From positions 1 to 34,318 of the forward strand of contig SDNP01000030.1 of the NCBI GenBank assembly GCA_004524445.1: a stretch of 34,318 bases of DNA, written 5' to 3'. The position numbers and the translations under genes are program-made. This document shows, one piece after another, positions 18,791 to 28,236 of the stretch; within the stretch, counting starts at the first letter, position 1, and each line of letters starts with the position of its first letter. The stretch is from Candidatus Thorarchaeota archaeon. Its GTDB lineage: Archaea; Asgardarchaeota; Thorarchaeia; Thorarchaeales; Thorarchaeaceae. The notes under the pieces were generated by a model that saw nothing but the letters and a program-made list of their open reading frames with translations, made no database searches and was not told the DNA's origin.

Positions 18791-19561
18791 CTACACATAG
18801 AATTCATAGTCGAATGTGTATTCCTCGTCATCTAGAGTAATAGTCCTGTGCAGTTTCCCTTTTTTCTTGGCGAGTTTGCGTTTCTCAGTGAAAGTGAGCC
18901 CCTCATCTTGAGGGATATCAATATCTTCAATATGGAATTCATTTCTTATGAATACGGACTTTGGTTCCGATTCTAGTTTATCAATAACCTCAGGTGCGAC
19001 CTCATTGAAGATGAATTTCATCATTTCATCTGAACTCTCAAGTGTCCCTGTTGCGTAGTTAGGGGCTTTCTCATCCTCTTTTTCCCCACCCTTTGGACCT
19101 CTTGGGAATGAAGTCTTGGTTTTGATTTTCCAAGGCTTGGCATTCTTGGCTGGATTAATTGAGAGTTGGTAGAATGTTGTAGGATTATCTAGTTCAAAGA
19201 GCTCTTTTACATGCTCAAATGGGGCAACCTCGCTAATCTTTGCCTTATACGTCGTGGCACCTTTTCCTTTGGACTCTTTCCAAATCAAGGGCATCTGAAC
19301 AGATTTGAACTCCTCCCTTCTATCGTCATAACTAACGATTTGACCTTTCACCTTCTGTTTGACATCCGGAACGCCTTCAAGATAGGCACGATGGAAGATA
19401 GTTTCCAAATCAAGGTCTGCACGGAAGTAGATCTTAGATCCCCTGACTGTGAGTTTTATTCTTGGACCAGGGTATCTTCCCTTGCCGTATTTCACAAGTT
19501 TGGCATGAGCGTGTTCTCCAGCCTTTCCTTCTATCATTGTCTTGAGCCAACTCATTCTCAT
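18791..19561 (-). CDS. Hypothetical protein of uncharacterised archaeal type (256 aa)
   Basis: Long ORF; HAKLVKYGKGRY N-terminal and RKLAKKKGKLHRTI C-terminal motifs. Confidence 0.8.
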   Translation of the reverse strand: MRMSWLKTMIEGKAGEHAHAKLVKYGKGRYPGPRIKLTVRGSKIYFRADLDLETIFHRAYLEGVPDVKQKVKGQIVSYDDRREEFKSVQMPLIWKESKGKGATTYKAKISEVAPFEHVKELFELDNPTTFYQLSINPAKNAKPWKIKTKTSFPRGPKGGEKEDEKAPNYATGTLESSDEMMKFIFNEVAPEVIDKLESEPKSVFIRNEFHIEDIDIPQDEGLTFTEKRKLAKKKGKLHRTITLDDEEYTFDYEFYV

Positions 19562-19616
19562 TCAGCTCTCAATCAGACCTAATTATCACAGATTTAAAGA
19601 TGTCGTGGTACCATCA

Positions 19617-21347
19617 TCAGAATACTACCAAGCCAAGAAGCCGCCATATCCAGACAACGACCACAGTCAAGACCAGTGTCGCAACCAAGTCTATCACCAA
19701 TCCGGTGGAAACCATCTCATTCATCTCGACCTCTCCGGTACTGTATGCTATGGTCGATGGAGGAGTACCCGTCGGCAACGCGAAGTCCATTGAAACGCCA
19801 ATTGCAATTACCATGGTCAGCAACAGTGGATCCATTCCAAGACTAGTTGCCAAAGGAATAGCAATCGGAATCAGGATTACAGCTGCTCCAGTATTAGAAG
19901 CAACCATTGTGAGAAGAACAGCTATTGCTCCGATAATGACTACGATAAGGAGTGCCGGAAACATACCAAGACTTGTCATTTGAAATGCAAGATGCGCTGA
20001 AACCCCGGTGTCTATCATGGCATTACCCAGCACAATTCCACTCCCAAGTATCAGGAGAGATGACCAACTGATTTCGGATGATACATCTGTTTCATCGACA
20101 AGACGAAGTACAAGCAGCGCCAATCCGCCCATGACAGCTACAATCGAACTTGAGATTCCATGATACCCTTCGGTTAGCCATAACAGCACAACAGAGGAAA
20201 AGACCACAACAACCAGCTTTTGTTGTGTGGTCATTGGACCTAATTTCAGATACTCCTTTTCAGATATGTTCTTGAGTGACTTGATCTCCTCTATGTCTTT
20301 CGGGATTTTGAAACGAAACATCAGCCATTGCCAAATAAGGGGAAGCATAATCAGAACCACAGGCAAACCATATGGAATCCAGCTGATGAAGTTGAATTCT
20401 ATGCCAAGAAATGAGTTGATGTAGGTTGCTGCAAGTGGATTTGGTGGTGATCCAACAAGACTCGCAACCCCTCCAATAGTTGCTGAGTAGGCAACACCTA
20501 GGACCAATGCCTTTCCATATTTGTTCCGTATTTCTGAGTTTTGTATGCGCGATATTACCGCCAGAGCGATTGGAATCATTATTGCGGCTGATGCAGTATT
20601 GCTAATCCACATGGACAAGAAGGAAGTGACTCCCATCACAGTGATGAGAAGTCCAGACCCCGAACCGCTGCTTCGGGAGAGAATCATCAACGCAAGACGC
20701 TTGTCTAACTCGTATTTGCTCAAAGCGCGACCTATCAAGAACCCACCAAAGATGAGAGCGACTGCAGGACTAAAGAAAGGTGCAAATGCAGAGGTGGGGG
20801 TTCCAATGTCAGTTAGGACTATGAGAGTTGGAATCAGAACTGACGTTGCAACCAAGGATATTCCCTCGGAAAACCATAGAATTGCAACAACACCTAGAAT
20901 CATTACTGCAGCTTTGGACCGGACAAGAGGTTGGTATTCTATGATGAAAGTCTGTCCCTCCTGTCGTGTAGGCCTAAGGGTTTCATCAAGTCCGCTATCC
21001 CCGGTAAAATGAATCGATATTGAATCAGCCCGGATATTGACACCATTTGCATCTATTTCAAAACGAATAGGACTATCAGGTGCAATTGGAACAACTGTCG
21101 TAGCTGTCACCGTAATGTTTGTAGCTTGCCCCACGTAATGATAGGTTTCTCGTTCTATATCGCCAGACTCAACCATTGTTAGATTCAGTCTACAATTTAG
21201 AGTTATGCTGGGAGTTTCTATCATCAACTCTGCAGTATATTCGCCGGGTTCAATATCTGGGGGGGCGATATTGTATAGGAAGAAACCTGAGATGACCGTT
21301 ATAACAAGAACGATTACAGTTTTTTTCGAGATGTTATACGAAGACAT
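19617..21347 (-). CDS. DASS/SLC13 sodium-coupled anion symporter with inserted extracellular domain
   Basis: LSMWISNTA, GVAYSATIGG..SLVGSPPN, ASNTGAA, FALPTGTPP; GGAGG upstream of ATG 21347. Confidence 0.92.
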   Translation of the reverse strand: MSSYNISKKTVIVLVITVISGFFLYNIAPPDIEPGEYTAELMIETPSITLNCRLNLTMVESGDIERETYHYVGQATNITVTATTVVPIAPDSPIRFEIDANGVNIRADSISIHFTGDSGLDETLRPTRQEGQTFIIEYQPLVRSKAAVMILGVVAILWFSEGISLVATSVLIPTLIVLTDIGTPTSAFAPFFSPAVALIFGGFLIGRALSKYELDKRLALMILSRSSGSGSGLLITVMGVTSFLSMWISNTASAAIMIPIALAVISRIQNSEIRNKYGKALVLGVAYSATIGGVASLVGSPPNPLAATYINSFLGIEFNFISWIPYGLPVVLIMLPLIWQWLMFRFKIPKDIEEIKSLKNISEKEYLKLGPMTTQQKLVVVVFSSVVLLWLTEGYHGISSSIVAVMGGLALLVLRLVDETDVSSEISWSSLLILGSGIVLGNAMIDTGVSAHLAFQMTSLGMFPALLIVVIIGAIAVLLTMVASNTGAAVILIPIAIPLATSLGMDPLLLTMVIAIGVSMDFALPTGTPPSTIAYSTGEVEMNEMVSTGLVIDLVATLVLTVVVVWIWRLLGLVVF

Positions 21348-21430
21348 GAGGCTTCCTCCCATTTCGTGCTATGGAAAAACTCGATGTTGGCTAAAAAGCC
21401 GGCTACTGCGGCAATTCAATTCTCCCTGCC

Positions 21431-21793
21431 TCAATCCACTGGGCGATGCATGATGATATCAAGGAGGTCACTCTTGGGCTCAACCAATCCTTTCGTTCCA
21501 ATGATTGTTTTTGTCTTTTCTACCAAGTTGCCAGAATGGAGCTCCAGCAAGTCCGTTAGGTCTTGGAACTTGTCAAATGGGCCTTCAAAAATCGTAAATC
21601 CCGTGAAGTCAGTCCCAAAAGCATTTCCAGCCTCTGTAAGGATCCTAATGTCGTCTGGAAGCTGCTTTCTTATGCTTGCCCATTTCTGAAGCCAGTCACG
21701 CTTTTCATCATTGGACATCGCTCTGAGACGATACATGATGACATATACAAATTCACGCCCATGGGTATCCTGTTTCCTTGAATCAAGAGCCAT
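21431..21793 (-). CDS. Hypothetical protein, possible dimeric alpha+beta barrel (chlorite dismutase-like single domain)
   Basis: MSNDEKRDW...AFGTDFTGFTIFEG..DKFQDLTDLL...TKTIIG pattern. Confidence 0.45.
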   Translation of the reverse strand: MALDSRKQDTHGREFVYVIMYRLRAMSNDEKRDWLQKWASIRKQLPDDIRILTEAGNAFGTDFTGFTIFEGPFDKFQDLTDLLELHSGNLVEKTKTIIGTKGLVEPKSDLLDIIMHRPVD

Positions 21794-21988
21794 GTTTCCT
21801 TTTTGACGGAAAGAGTTTATAAAAACCTGTGTGCGCTAATCCGAGAAACGAAGAAGCTGCTGCAATCGAACCTATATCATGCCGGAAACACATGAGAACC
21901 AAGTTTCGAACGAAATGGAACATGTAAGCAAGAGTTAATAGAAACAAATGCCTGTGTGAAGCAGACCCGTACAGGGGAGATAATAATC

Positions 21989-22606
21989 ATGGTTAGGCTA
22001 ACTACCATTAGTAATATTCTATCAGGCATAGGCTTAGCAATTTTGGCGTTTTCTGCAATCCTCAAATACTTGCTGGAGAGTCTTGGTGTAACAACTACAT
22101 TGATACCTTTCTGGGCGTGGATTGGCGGAGCGGCATTGTTCACAATAGTAGTTTTGATGAGTGTTGTCAACACCTTCACAGAAATGACCGGCTTCGTTCA
22201 TCCTGAGGACAAGTTGACCAGTAACATGTTTGTCTATCTTATGGCAATTGCAACAGTTCTCATCTTTGGTATTCTGGACCAGGGGGTTCTATTTCAAGAA
22301 TCGTTGTTCAACATAGCGTCGATGATTGTCATTGCGTATGTGTTTCTCTTCATTTTCACTTACTTCAGCGCAACCATTCTCGAGGGAGGCGAAATGGGGC
22401 AGGTGAAGGAGATGACTGCCAGATTCATGCTTGTTTCACTTCTTCTTGGAGCAATCATGTCAATTCTCCTTGTGGGACTACAGTGGATCTGGGATGCTTT
22501 CAATTCCTATGAAGTTGCGTCTGTTGCCCTCGGCATTTTCGCTATTGTCCTAGTTGTATTCATCGTACTCTTCTTAGGCAGAAAATATGAGCCTGTGGGA
22601 GAATAG
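21989..22606 (+). CDS. Hypothetical 6-TM membrane protein
   Basis: Six hydrophobic segments; GGGGAGA upstream of ATG 21989. Confidence 0.78.
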   Translation: MVRLTTISNILSGIGLAILAFSAILKYLLESLGVTTTLIPFWAWIGGAALFTIVVLMSVVNTFTEMTGFVHPEDKLTSNMFVYLMAIATVLIFGILDQGVLFQESLFNIASMIVIAYVFLFIFTYFSATILEGGEMGQVKEMTARFMLVSLLLGAIMSILLVGLQWIWDAFNSYEVASVALGIFAIVLVVFIVLFLGRKYEPVGE

Positions 22607-22618
22607 ATTCAAAGAATT

Positions 22619-22654
22619 AAGAGATGGACCAACCACCTCCATCTCTTTCTTTCC
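22619..22654 (+). terminator. Hairpin plus pyrimidine tail terminator
   Basis: AAGAGATGGA-N9-TCCATCTCTT 10-bp stem followed by TCTTTCC, 12 nt after the stop codon. Confidence 0.65.
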
Positions 22655-22766
22655 TATTCTTCGGGAGCTGAAGCACGCAGATAAATCAAATAAGTAGAGA
22701 AGTAGCTCATCCAAGTAGATGGGATATACAAAGAGAAACTATACCCCCATTAGATAGGTGAAATTC

Positions 22767-24692
22767 ATGGGTGATGGAAAGCTTTGGCTAGGTTCCTATT
22801 TGGATGAGGAAGGAAAACGAACTGAAAAAAGATTTGAAATTAATATTGACTTATTACGCAGACACGGAGGAGTCTTCGGTTCAACTGGGTCGGGGAAGAC
22901 TGTTCTTAGCAAAGCAATTGTTGAAGAAGCAGCACTTGAAGGAATTCCTGTAATTGCATTCGACCCTCAAGGGGACATTGCATCATTGATGCTACCGGGA
23001 GATCCGAAGGAGCTTGAATCCAAAGGAGTGCCACCCGAGAGATTACAGAAGTATATGGACAAAGTACAAGTCAGAGTCTATACACCCGCATCAAGCAAGG
23101 GTCTCGCAATTTCCATTAACCCGCTAAAACTTCCTGACAAAAATGCAGACCAGGACGACATTATTCGATTACTGGATAATTCAGCGAGGACTCTGGTGAA
23201 GGTCCTAACAAAAGTAGGGGGGCTATCAAGATCCTGGGAGAGCAAGTCGTTTGCTGTTTTATACGAATTACTTCGGCACATCTGGGAAACTGAAACAGAA
23301 GACCTTGATGGTTTGAGTGAGCTAGCCAATCTATTGGTAGCTGACTCTGAGGAACTTGGGGTCAATCTAGAACCCTACATGAAGCTCTCCGAGAGACAAA
23401 AGCTAGCTACTACTATCCGAACACTGACTGTCGGTTCCTCGCAGCTGTTATTCAGAGAGGAAGGCCAAATCAACTTCGATGAACTGACGAAACCTGTGAA
23501 TGGCAAGACGCCGATTAATGTGATATTCCTCAAGACCTTGAGAAGCGAAGAAGAAAAACACTTCTTCATCGCAATTGTGTTAAACCAATTATACTCATGG
23601 ATGCTACGACAAGGTTTTTCCGAGAAGCCCAGAATGCTGCTTTTCCAAGACGAGGCAGCTCCATTTATCCCCGCAGGTATGAAAGCGCCTGGCCCGAAGG
23701 AAACATTTCTTCTATTATTTAGGCAGGCTAGAAAATATGGTGTTGAGTGCCTGATTGCTACTCAGAGTCCGAAAGATATCGATTACAAAGCGTTTGAACA
23801 ATTCAATACAATCGCATCGGGCAGAATAAGCAGTCAACAATCACTGAAAGTGCTTGAGAGAATTCTTGAGCCTGTGGCTGGAGAGAGAGAATCGGAGGAA
23901 ATCATCAAAATGCTACCCGGTCAACAAACCGCTTCCTTCGTGTGCTCATCAGCAGACCTGAAACCGAAAGTCAATCGAATTGGAGTCCGTTGGTTGCTGA
24001 CCAAGCACATTACACTTACTGAGCGTGATATCAAGAAACACATGGCTGAGCTGGTCAAAGAACAAGAGAAGATTCTGAAGGAACTAGAAAAGAAACGAAT
24101 TGCAGAAGAAAAGAAACGCGAAGAGGAGCGAAGAAAGGCCAAGGAATCCAAGAAGAGGGAGGAGAAAGTAAGAAGACTGGAGGCTGAGCGGAAAAAAGAG
24201 CTTGAAGCAAAGAAAAGCAAGTTCGCGAAGGCAGGAATGGAGGAGAAGATCTTCGAGACAAAGGGGCAAGCTGAGAAGTTTTCTTATGAAGACCTAATGA
24301 ATGGATTCATTGCTCGGATAGAAAAGGTAGCTAGGACCGCATTTGGTCTCCCATTTCTGAAAGAATTGGTGAAGCGAGGAGAGCTGAACTATGAGAAGGC
24401 ACTTACCTTCTACCTCAAAGAAACTCGTGCTGCAGTCAAACAAGGATTGGCAAGAAAAGAAGTGAAACAAGTCAAGAAGTATGGGCGCACCAGGAATATT
24501 GACTACATAATCTATGACTTTGAGTATGTGTTGGACAAAGTACTGCAGAGTATGGGTATCAAGGCACCTGAATATGTCGATGAACAGAGACTAAAGAAAC
24601 GATTCGAAGAATTACTAAGAAAAGCCAAGAGAAATTCACTCATTGAAAGAATAGCATTAGGAGAACCGCTCTTGGAGTTCGGAGCCAATTAG
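22767..24692 (+). CDS. HerA/FtsK-like (DUF87/DUF853) ATPase with charged coiled coil and C-terminal domain
   Basis: RHGGVFGSTGSGKT, FDPQGD, LFQDEA, RQARKYGV..LIATQSP; K/E/R-rich helix at about aa 430-495. Confidence 0.88.
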   Translation: MGDGKLWLGSYLDEEGKRTEKRFEINIDLLRRHGGVFGSTGSGKTVLSKAIVEEAALEGIPVIAFDPQGDIASLMLPGDPKELESKGVPPERLQKYMDKVQVRVYTPASSKGLAISINPLKLPDKNADQDDIIRLLDNSARTLVKVLTKVGGLSRSWESKSFAVLYELLRHIWETETEDLDGLSELANLLVADSEELGVNLEPYMKLSERQKLATTIRTLTVGSSQLLFREEGQINFDELTKPVNGKTPINVIFLKTLRSEEEKHFFIAIVLNQLYSWMLRQGFSEKPRMLLFQDEAAPFIPAGMKAPGPKETFLLLFRQARKYGVECLIATQSPKDIDYKAFEQFNTIASGRISSQQSLKVLERILEPVAGERESEEIIKMLPGQQTASFVCSSADLKPKVNRIGVRWLLTKHITLTERDIKKHMAELVKEQEKILKELEKKRIAEEKKREEERRKAKESKKREEKVRRLEAERKKELEAKKSKFAKAGMEEKIFETKGQAEKFSYEDLMNGFIARIEKVARTAFGLPFLKELVKRGELNYEKALTFYLKETRAAVKQGLARKEVKQVKKYGRTRNIDYIIYDFEYVLDKVLQSMGIKAPEYVDEQRLKKRFEELLRKAKRNSLIERIALGEPLLEFGAN

Positions 24693-24706
24693 CATCAGAA
24701 ACCGAT

Positions 24707-25384
24707 CTAGCTCTTTAGAGTCATGATATTGGAAATTTCACATGGCACCCAATTCTCCAGAAAGTCCACTGTTGTTTGGGTACTTTCGTTTATGACTTGA
24801 GTCGACACTTCGCCACTGAAACATAAATAGACAAGAGCAGTTTCGGTCTTTTTGGTGATTTTTGTATAATCTGAGTCATGTGTGGCAAATCCGAAACAAG
24901 TTATCTTTTCTTCGTCAGCTATCACAATTTCTCTGCCTCTGCATTGGATTGTTTTTCCACCAATCCTTGTGAATAACTCCCCCTTTCTAGCTTGCCGAAT
25001 GCTGAGATTGCCAGCAACCTTCTCCAGGTCTGCCAAACCAATGGGGATCCTATGATAAGCTGAAACCAGATTCATTGAGTCGACCAGGTTGTTGATGTTC
25101 CAAAGATTTTCTCCTCGAAGAATCCTTCTGATTAAGGCCTCACTTGAAACCCTAAGCTTTGTTGGGTCCATTCCAAAACTCCAGTATAAGTCACGGTACG
25201 ATCTCAGGATAGGCTCGTTCTTCAATGATGAGAGTGAGTGCTTAGACTGGATTTCTTCAAAGATTCGTTCTTCGAAATCTGCAAAATTGGGGCCGCTATC
25301 TTCAATCGTGACACCAGTTACCAGAACAACACCCAATGATAGATTCTCCTCGTGGAAATGAAAGGTAACATCCGGGATACTCAC
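24707..25384 (-). CDS. Stand-alone B3/4 domain protein (PheRS beta-like, tRNA-editing family)
   Basis: YRDLYWSFGMDPTKLRVSSEALIRR...INNLVDSMNLVS...PIGLADLEK; GTG start at 25384 removes the overlap with the GTPase. Confidence 0.88.
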   Translation of the reverse strand: MSIPDVTFHFHEENLSLGVVLVTGVTIEDSGPNFADFEERIFEEIQSKHSLSSLKNEPILRSYRDLYWSFGMDPTKLRVSSEALIRRILRGENLWNINNLVDSMNLVSAYHRIPIGLADLEKVAGNLSIRQARKGELFTRIGGKTIQCRGREIVIADEEKITCFGFATHDSDYTKITKKTETALVYLCFSGEVSTQVINESTQTTVDFLENWVPCEISNIMTLKS

Positions 25385-25528
25385 GGTCGAAACACTTTGA
25401 AAAAGAGTGAATGCGGTCATAAAAAATGCACTACTTGGACTCGAAGTCCGATTCCAGCATGCAAAATGCTTATTGTGGGACGCCATCATATTTATTGCGC
25501 TAATGTCATTGAACAAGGGGGATTCAAA

Positions 25529-26080
25529 TTGTCGAATACTGCATACGTGTACAAAGTCTGTGTGGTGGGAGATCAAGCGGTAGGAAAGACGAGTACTATA
25601 ATTCGATGGATTCAAGGATACTTCCGTGATGATTATATCAGCACGATGGGAGTCCAACACTATTCAACAAGCATGAAAATAGATGAAGATACGAAACTAA
25701 AAATCATCGTGTGGGATCTGGCTGGACAGGACACATTCAAGCAGCTTAGAGGGACATTCTATGGAGGTGCTGCAGGAGTGCTGGTCATGTTTGATGTCAC
25801 TAAACGAGAGACTTTCAAATCTATTCCGGGGTGGGTACAAGAAGCCACCAAGCATATAGGAAGAAGAGTTCCATTCATTATTGTTGGGAATAAATCGGAT
25901 TTGGTTACCGAAAACTCGGACTATTTTGGAGTAGAAGAATACGCCGAATCCATGAATGCACCGTTTCTTATCACAAGTGCAAAAACTGGAGATAACATTA
26001 CGAATCTATTTCATTTGATTGGAGAAATTGTGCATAAGAAAGCAATGGAATCAAGGTCAGATCGTCATAAAGTATTGTGA
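25529..26080 (+). CDS. Rab-like small GTPase
   Basis: G1 GDQAVGKTS, G2 YISTMG, G3 WDLAGQ, FYGGA, G4 GNKSD, G5 TSAK; TTG start after GGGGGA. Confidence 0.92.
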   Translation: MSNTAYVYKVCVVGDQAVGKTSTIIRWIQGYFRDDYISTMGVQHYSTSMKIDEDTKLKIIVWDLAGQDTFKQLRGTFYGGAAGVLVMFDVTKRETFKSIPGWVQEATKHIGRRVPFIIVGNKSDLVTENSDYFGVEEYAESMNAPFLITSAKTGDNITNLFHLIGEIVHKKAMESRSDRHKVL

Positions 26081-26090
26081 CAACACGAAA

Positions 26091-26894
26091 CTACACCATC
26101 GGAATGATTTCCTCAAGTGAGTCCACGGCATAATCAGGTTCCATATCGAGGTTTCTTGCATCAAAAGACACGATGTTGTCCGGGCGGTTAACAAGTACAG
26201 TGGTTAAACCGGCAGCATTACCACCAGCAACATCAGAGGCAGGATTATCTCCAACCAGAACCACATCCTCTTTCTCAAAGCCTAGAAGCATGATAGATTC
26301 CCTGACAATTTCCGGCATTGGCTTTCCAACTATCGTGGCTTCTACTCCAGTTGCATCTTCGATTGCAGCTACAATGGACCGTTCCCCTAGGAACTCATCA
26401 CGATGTCCTAAGAATTCTCCAGGATAATCTCTGCTGCCACTGATGCAAATAAGTGCTGCACCACTGCGAACCATTTTCGCTGCGAAATTGAGATGCTGAT
26501 ATGTCAATCCTCGGTCGGCACCAATGGCAACATAATCAATGGGAGGGTTATGAGCCAGTTTTACTCCATAATGCACGAAATCATCTCTGGCACCGCCTTC
26601 GCTGATTAGAAAACATCGACCATCTGGATTTCGGCTGATAATATACCCTGCAGCTGCGGTTCCTGCTGTCAATGTTCTATCTAGGGATAGGTCGTAACCA
26701 GCTTCTACTAATATAACATTCACCTGCTTGGCGGATAGACGTCCCACATTTGTCAGCACAGCTAGCTCTTTTCCTTTTTCATTCAAGTGTTTCCAGAGCT
26801 TTTGCGAGTCAGAAAATGGCTTTGGATTTTCAACATCGTGTATGAGTGTGTTGTCTACATCGAATAACCAGAGTTTCTTATCTTCAAGAGACAT
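26091..26894 (-). CDS. HAD-IIA (NagD-like) hydrolase
   Basis: DVDNTL, LTN, VGKP, VGDNPASDVAGGNAAG. Confidence 0.92.
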   Translation of the reverse strand: MSLEDKKLWLFDVDNTLIHDVENPKPFSDSQKLWKHLNEKGKELAVLTNVGRLSAKQVNVILVEAGYDLSLDRTLTAGTAAAGYIISRNPDGRCFLISEGGARDDFVHYGVKLAHNPPIDYVAIGADRGLTYQHLNFAAKMVRSGAALICISGSRDYPGEFLGHRDEFLGERSIVAAIEDATGVEATIVGKPMPEIVRESIMLLGFEKEDVVLVGDNPASDVAGGNAAGLTTVLVNRPDNIVSFDARNLDMEPDYAVDSLEEIIPMV

Positions 26895-26993
26895 TCTTTG
26901 CACTGAAAATAAAAGGGAGACCTCATAGAAAAATGTGACTTAATGCGTGGTTGTGCTATCACTTTGGAGGTAATTGTCATTACTCCCGATAGG

Positions 26994-27344
26994 TTAGTCC
27001 GAATCAAGGAGAGGTATCACGCAGATGAAACTGAACGGTTTATTCCCAGCTCGATTGTCATAGCCATGCGGCTCATTCGAGGAAATGAATACAACATCAT
27101 CCTTCTTCGCAGTAGAATGGTTCTCTGAACCAATCAGTTTGGCTTCGCCTTGAAGAACGAATATCTCATGCTCTTCATCATGATTGTGCTCAGGGATTAT
27201 GCCCCCAGGCTGAATTTCAAAATATCGCATGGCATAGCTCTTGGCACCCGTTGATTTTCCAATGAGCCATCGCATAGTTGTCTTCTTTGACCCAGCTAGA
27301 TCAACTTCGTGGACTTCTCTTTCTTTGTAATTCACTGTGTACAT
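26994..27344 (-). CDS. Cupin domain protein
   Basis: PGGIIPEHNHDEEHEIFVLQG and EPHGYDN metal-binding cupin motifs. Confidence 0.92.
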   Translation of the reverse strand: MYTVNYKEREVHEVDLAGSKKTTMRWLIGKSTGAKSYAMRYFEIQPGGIIPEHNHDEEHEIFVLQGEAKLIGSENHSTAKKDDVVFISSNEPHGYDNRAGNKPFSFICVIPLLDSD

Positions 27345-27524
27345 CGCATCTTTCCTCGGGTTTTAAGATATCTATAATCAAGCATTCATCTTGTAGTCAT
27401 GAAAATTCCATAATAGTATTCGGATATAGACCCGCAAACAAATAGTCATTTGATACAATTTAGGAGAAAGGCATTGCCTTATTATCACAGAAAGCTTAAT
27501 CTGAAATGCATCTTATTTTGCGCA

Positions 27525-27552
27525 AGGTAGCTCGGAGATCTTTGGGCTACCT
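27525..27552 (+). promoter_or_regulatory. 28-nt imperfect palindrome/hairpin in the leader of the 27570 gene
   Basis: AGGTAGCTCGGAGATCTTTGGGCTACCT; all three mismatches are G-U pairs on the + strand. Confidence 0.5.
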
Positions 27553-27569
27553 GCATTGATGTGATATGA

Positions 27570-28091
27570 ATGAGTGAAGAGGACACTTATCTCCGTGCAA
27601 AACTTACAGAAATCAATGGCTCCATCGAACGCTTAACTGACATGCTGAATAAAATGATCGAGGTTGTATCGAGAATGGGCGATATTCAGGATGCGGCATC
27701 TGAAATGAAGCTTGTAGCACAGGCAAATAGTGAGAAGCTTGACGATTTGCTACAAAAAGTAGATACAATCGCCAAATCAAGTCAAGGGATAGCACAAGTT
27801 GGAGCTTCATTAGGGCAGAGGGGCAGTGTTTCATCCTTAACATCAGTGCTCGATAATCTGGAAACACAGATTCGGGAGGGTGTTATAGCAAGCGATCTGG
27901 CAGTCAAAATTAGTGATGCTACTGAAACTCTTGAGGACAGAGGTGTATCTGGTTCACTCATTGTAAAAATGAACAGATGGGTCCGGATTCTTAAGACTTA
28001 CAGCCGAGTCGACACAATAAGCCCTCAAGACCTGTCAAAACTCCGTCAGGACCTTCGTGATTGGCATTCGGAGCTTGAATCAATGCGCTAA
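27570..28091 (+). CDS. Coiled-coil protein with Vps28 C-terminal-domain-like helical bundle
   Basis: Heptad-patterned N-terminus; C-terminal KMNRWVRILKTYSRVDTISPQDLSKLRQDL aligns without gaps to recalled Vps28-CTD KLIDWIVRINKLSIGDTLTETQIRELLFDL. Confidence 0.55.
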   Translation: MSEEDTYLRAKLTEINGSIERLTDMLNKMIEVVSRMGDIQDAASEMKLVAQANSEKLDDLLQKVDTIAKSSQGIAQVGASLGQRGSVSSLTSVLDNLETQIREGVIASDLAVKISDATETLEDRGVSGSLIVKMNRWVRILKTYSRVDTISPQDLSKLRQDLRDWHSELESMR

Positions 28092-28236
28092 CCAACTAGT
28101 GCATTATAAGTTTCGTGTTTGTAAAATAAAGCAAAATAAAAGCCTTAATGTCATTTTTGATTGGTAATAGGGCTTCTACTATTTATCTATGTTAACTTTT
28201 AATAGGGTCACCTCCCAAGTAAATACAGGCCACTGA

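Noticed and set aside
19600-21689. Several plus-strand ORFs opposite the DASS transporter
   Set aside because: Typical antisense shadows of a hydrophobic gene
24040-24260. Purine-rich low-complexity tract as a DNA repeat, plus three antisense ORFs
   Set aside because: It encodes the K/E/R-rich helix of the ATPase; no discrete repeat unit
25352-25660. Apparent antisense overlap of the B3/4 and GTPase ORFs
   Set aside because: Artefact of longest-ORF starts; the recognisable domains begin at 25384 (-) and 25529 (+), leaving a normal divergent intergenic gap
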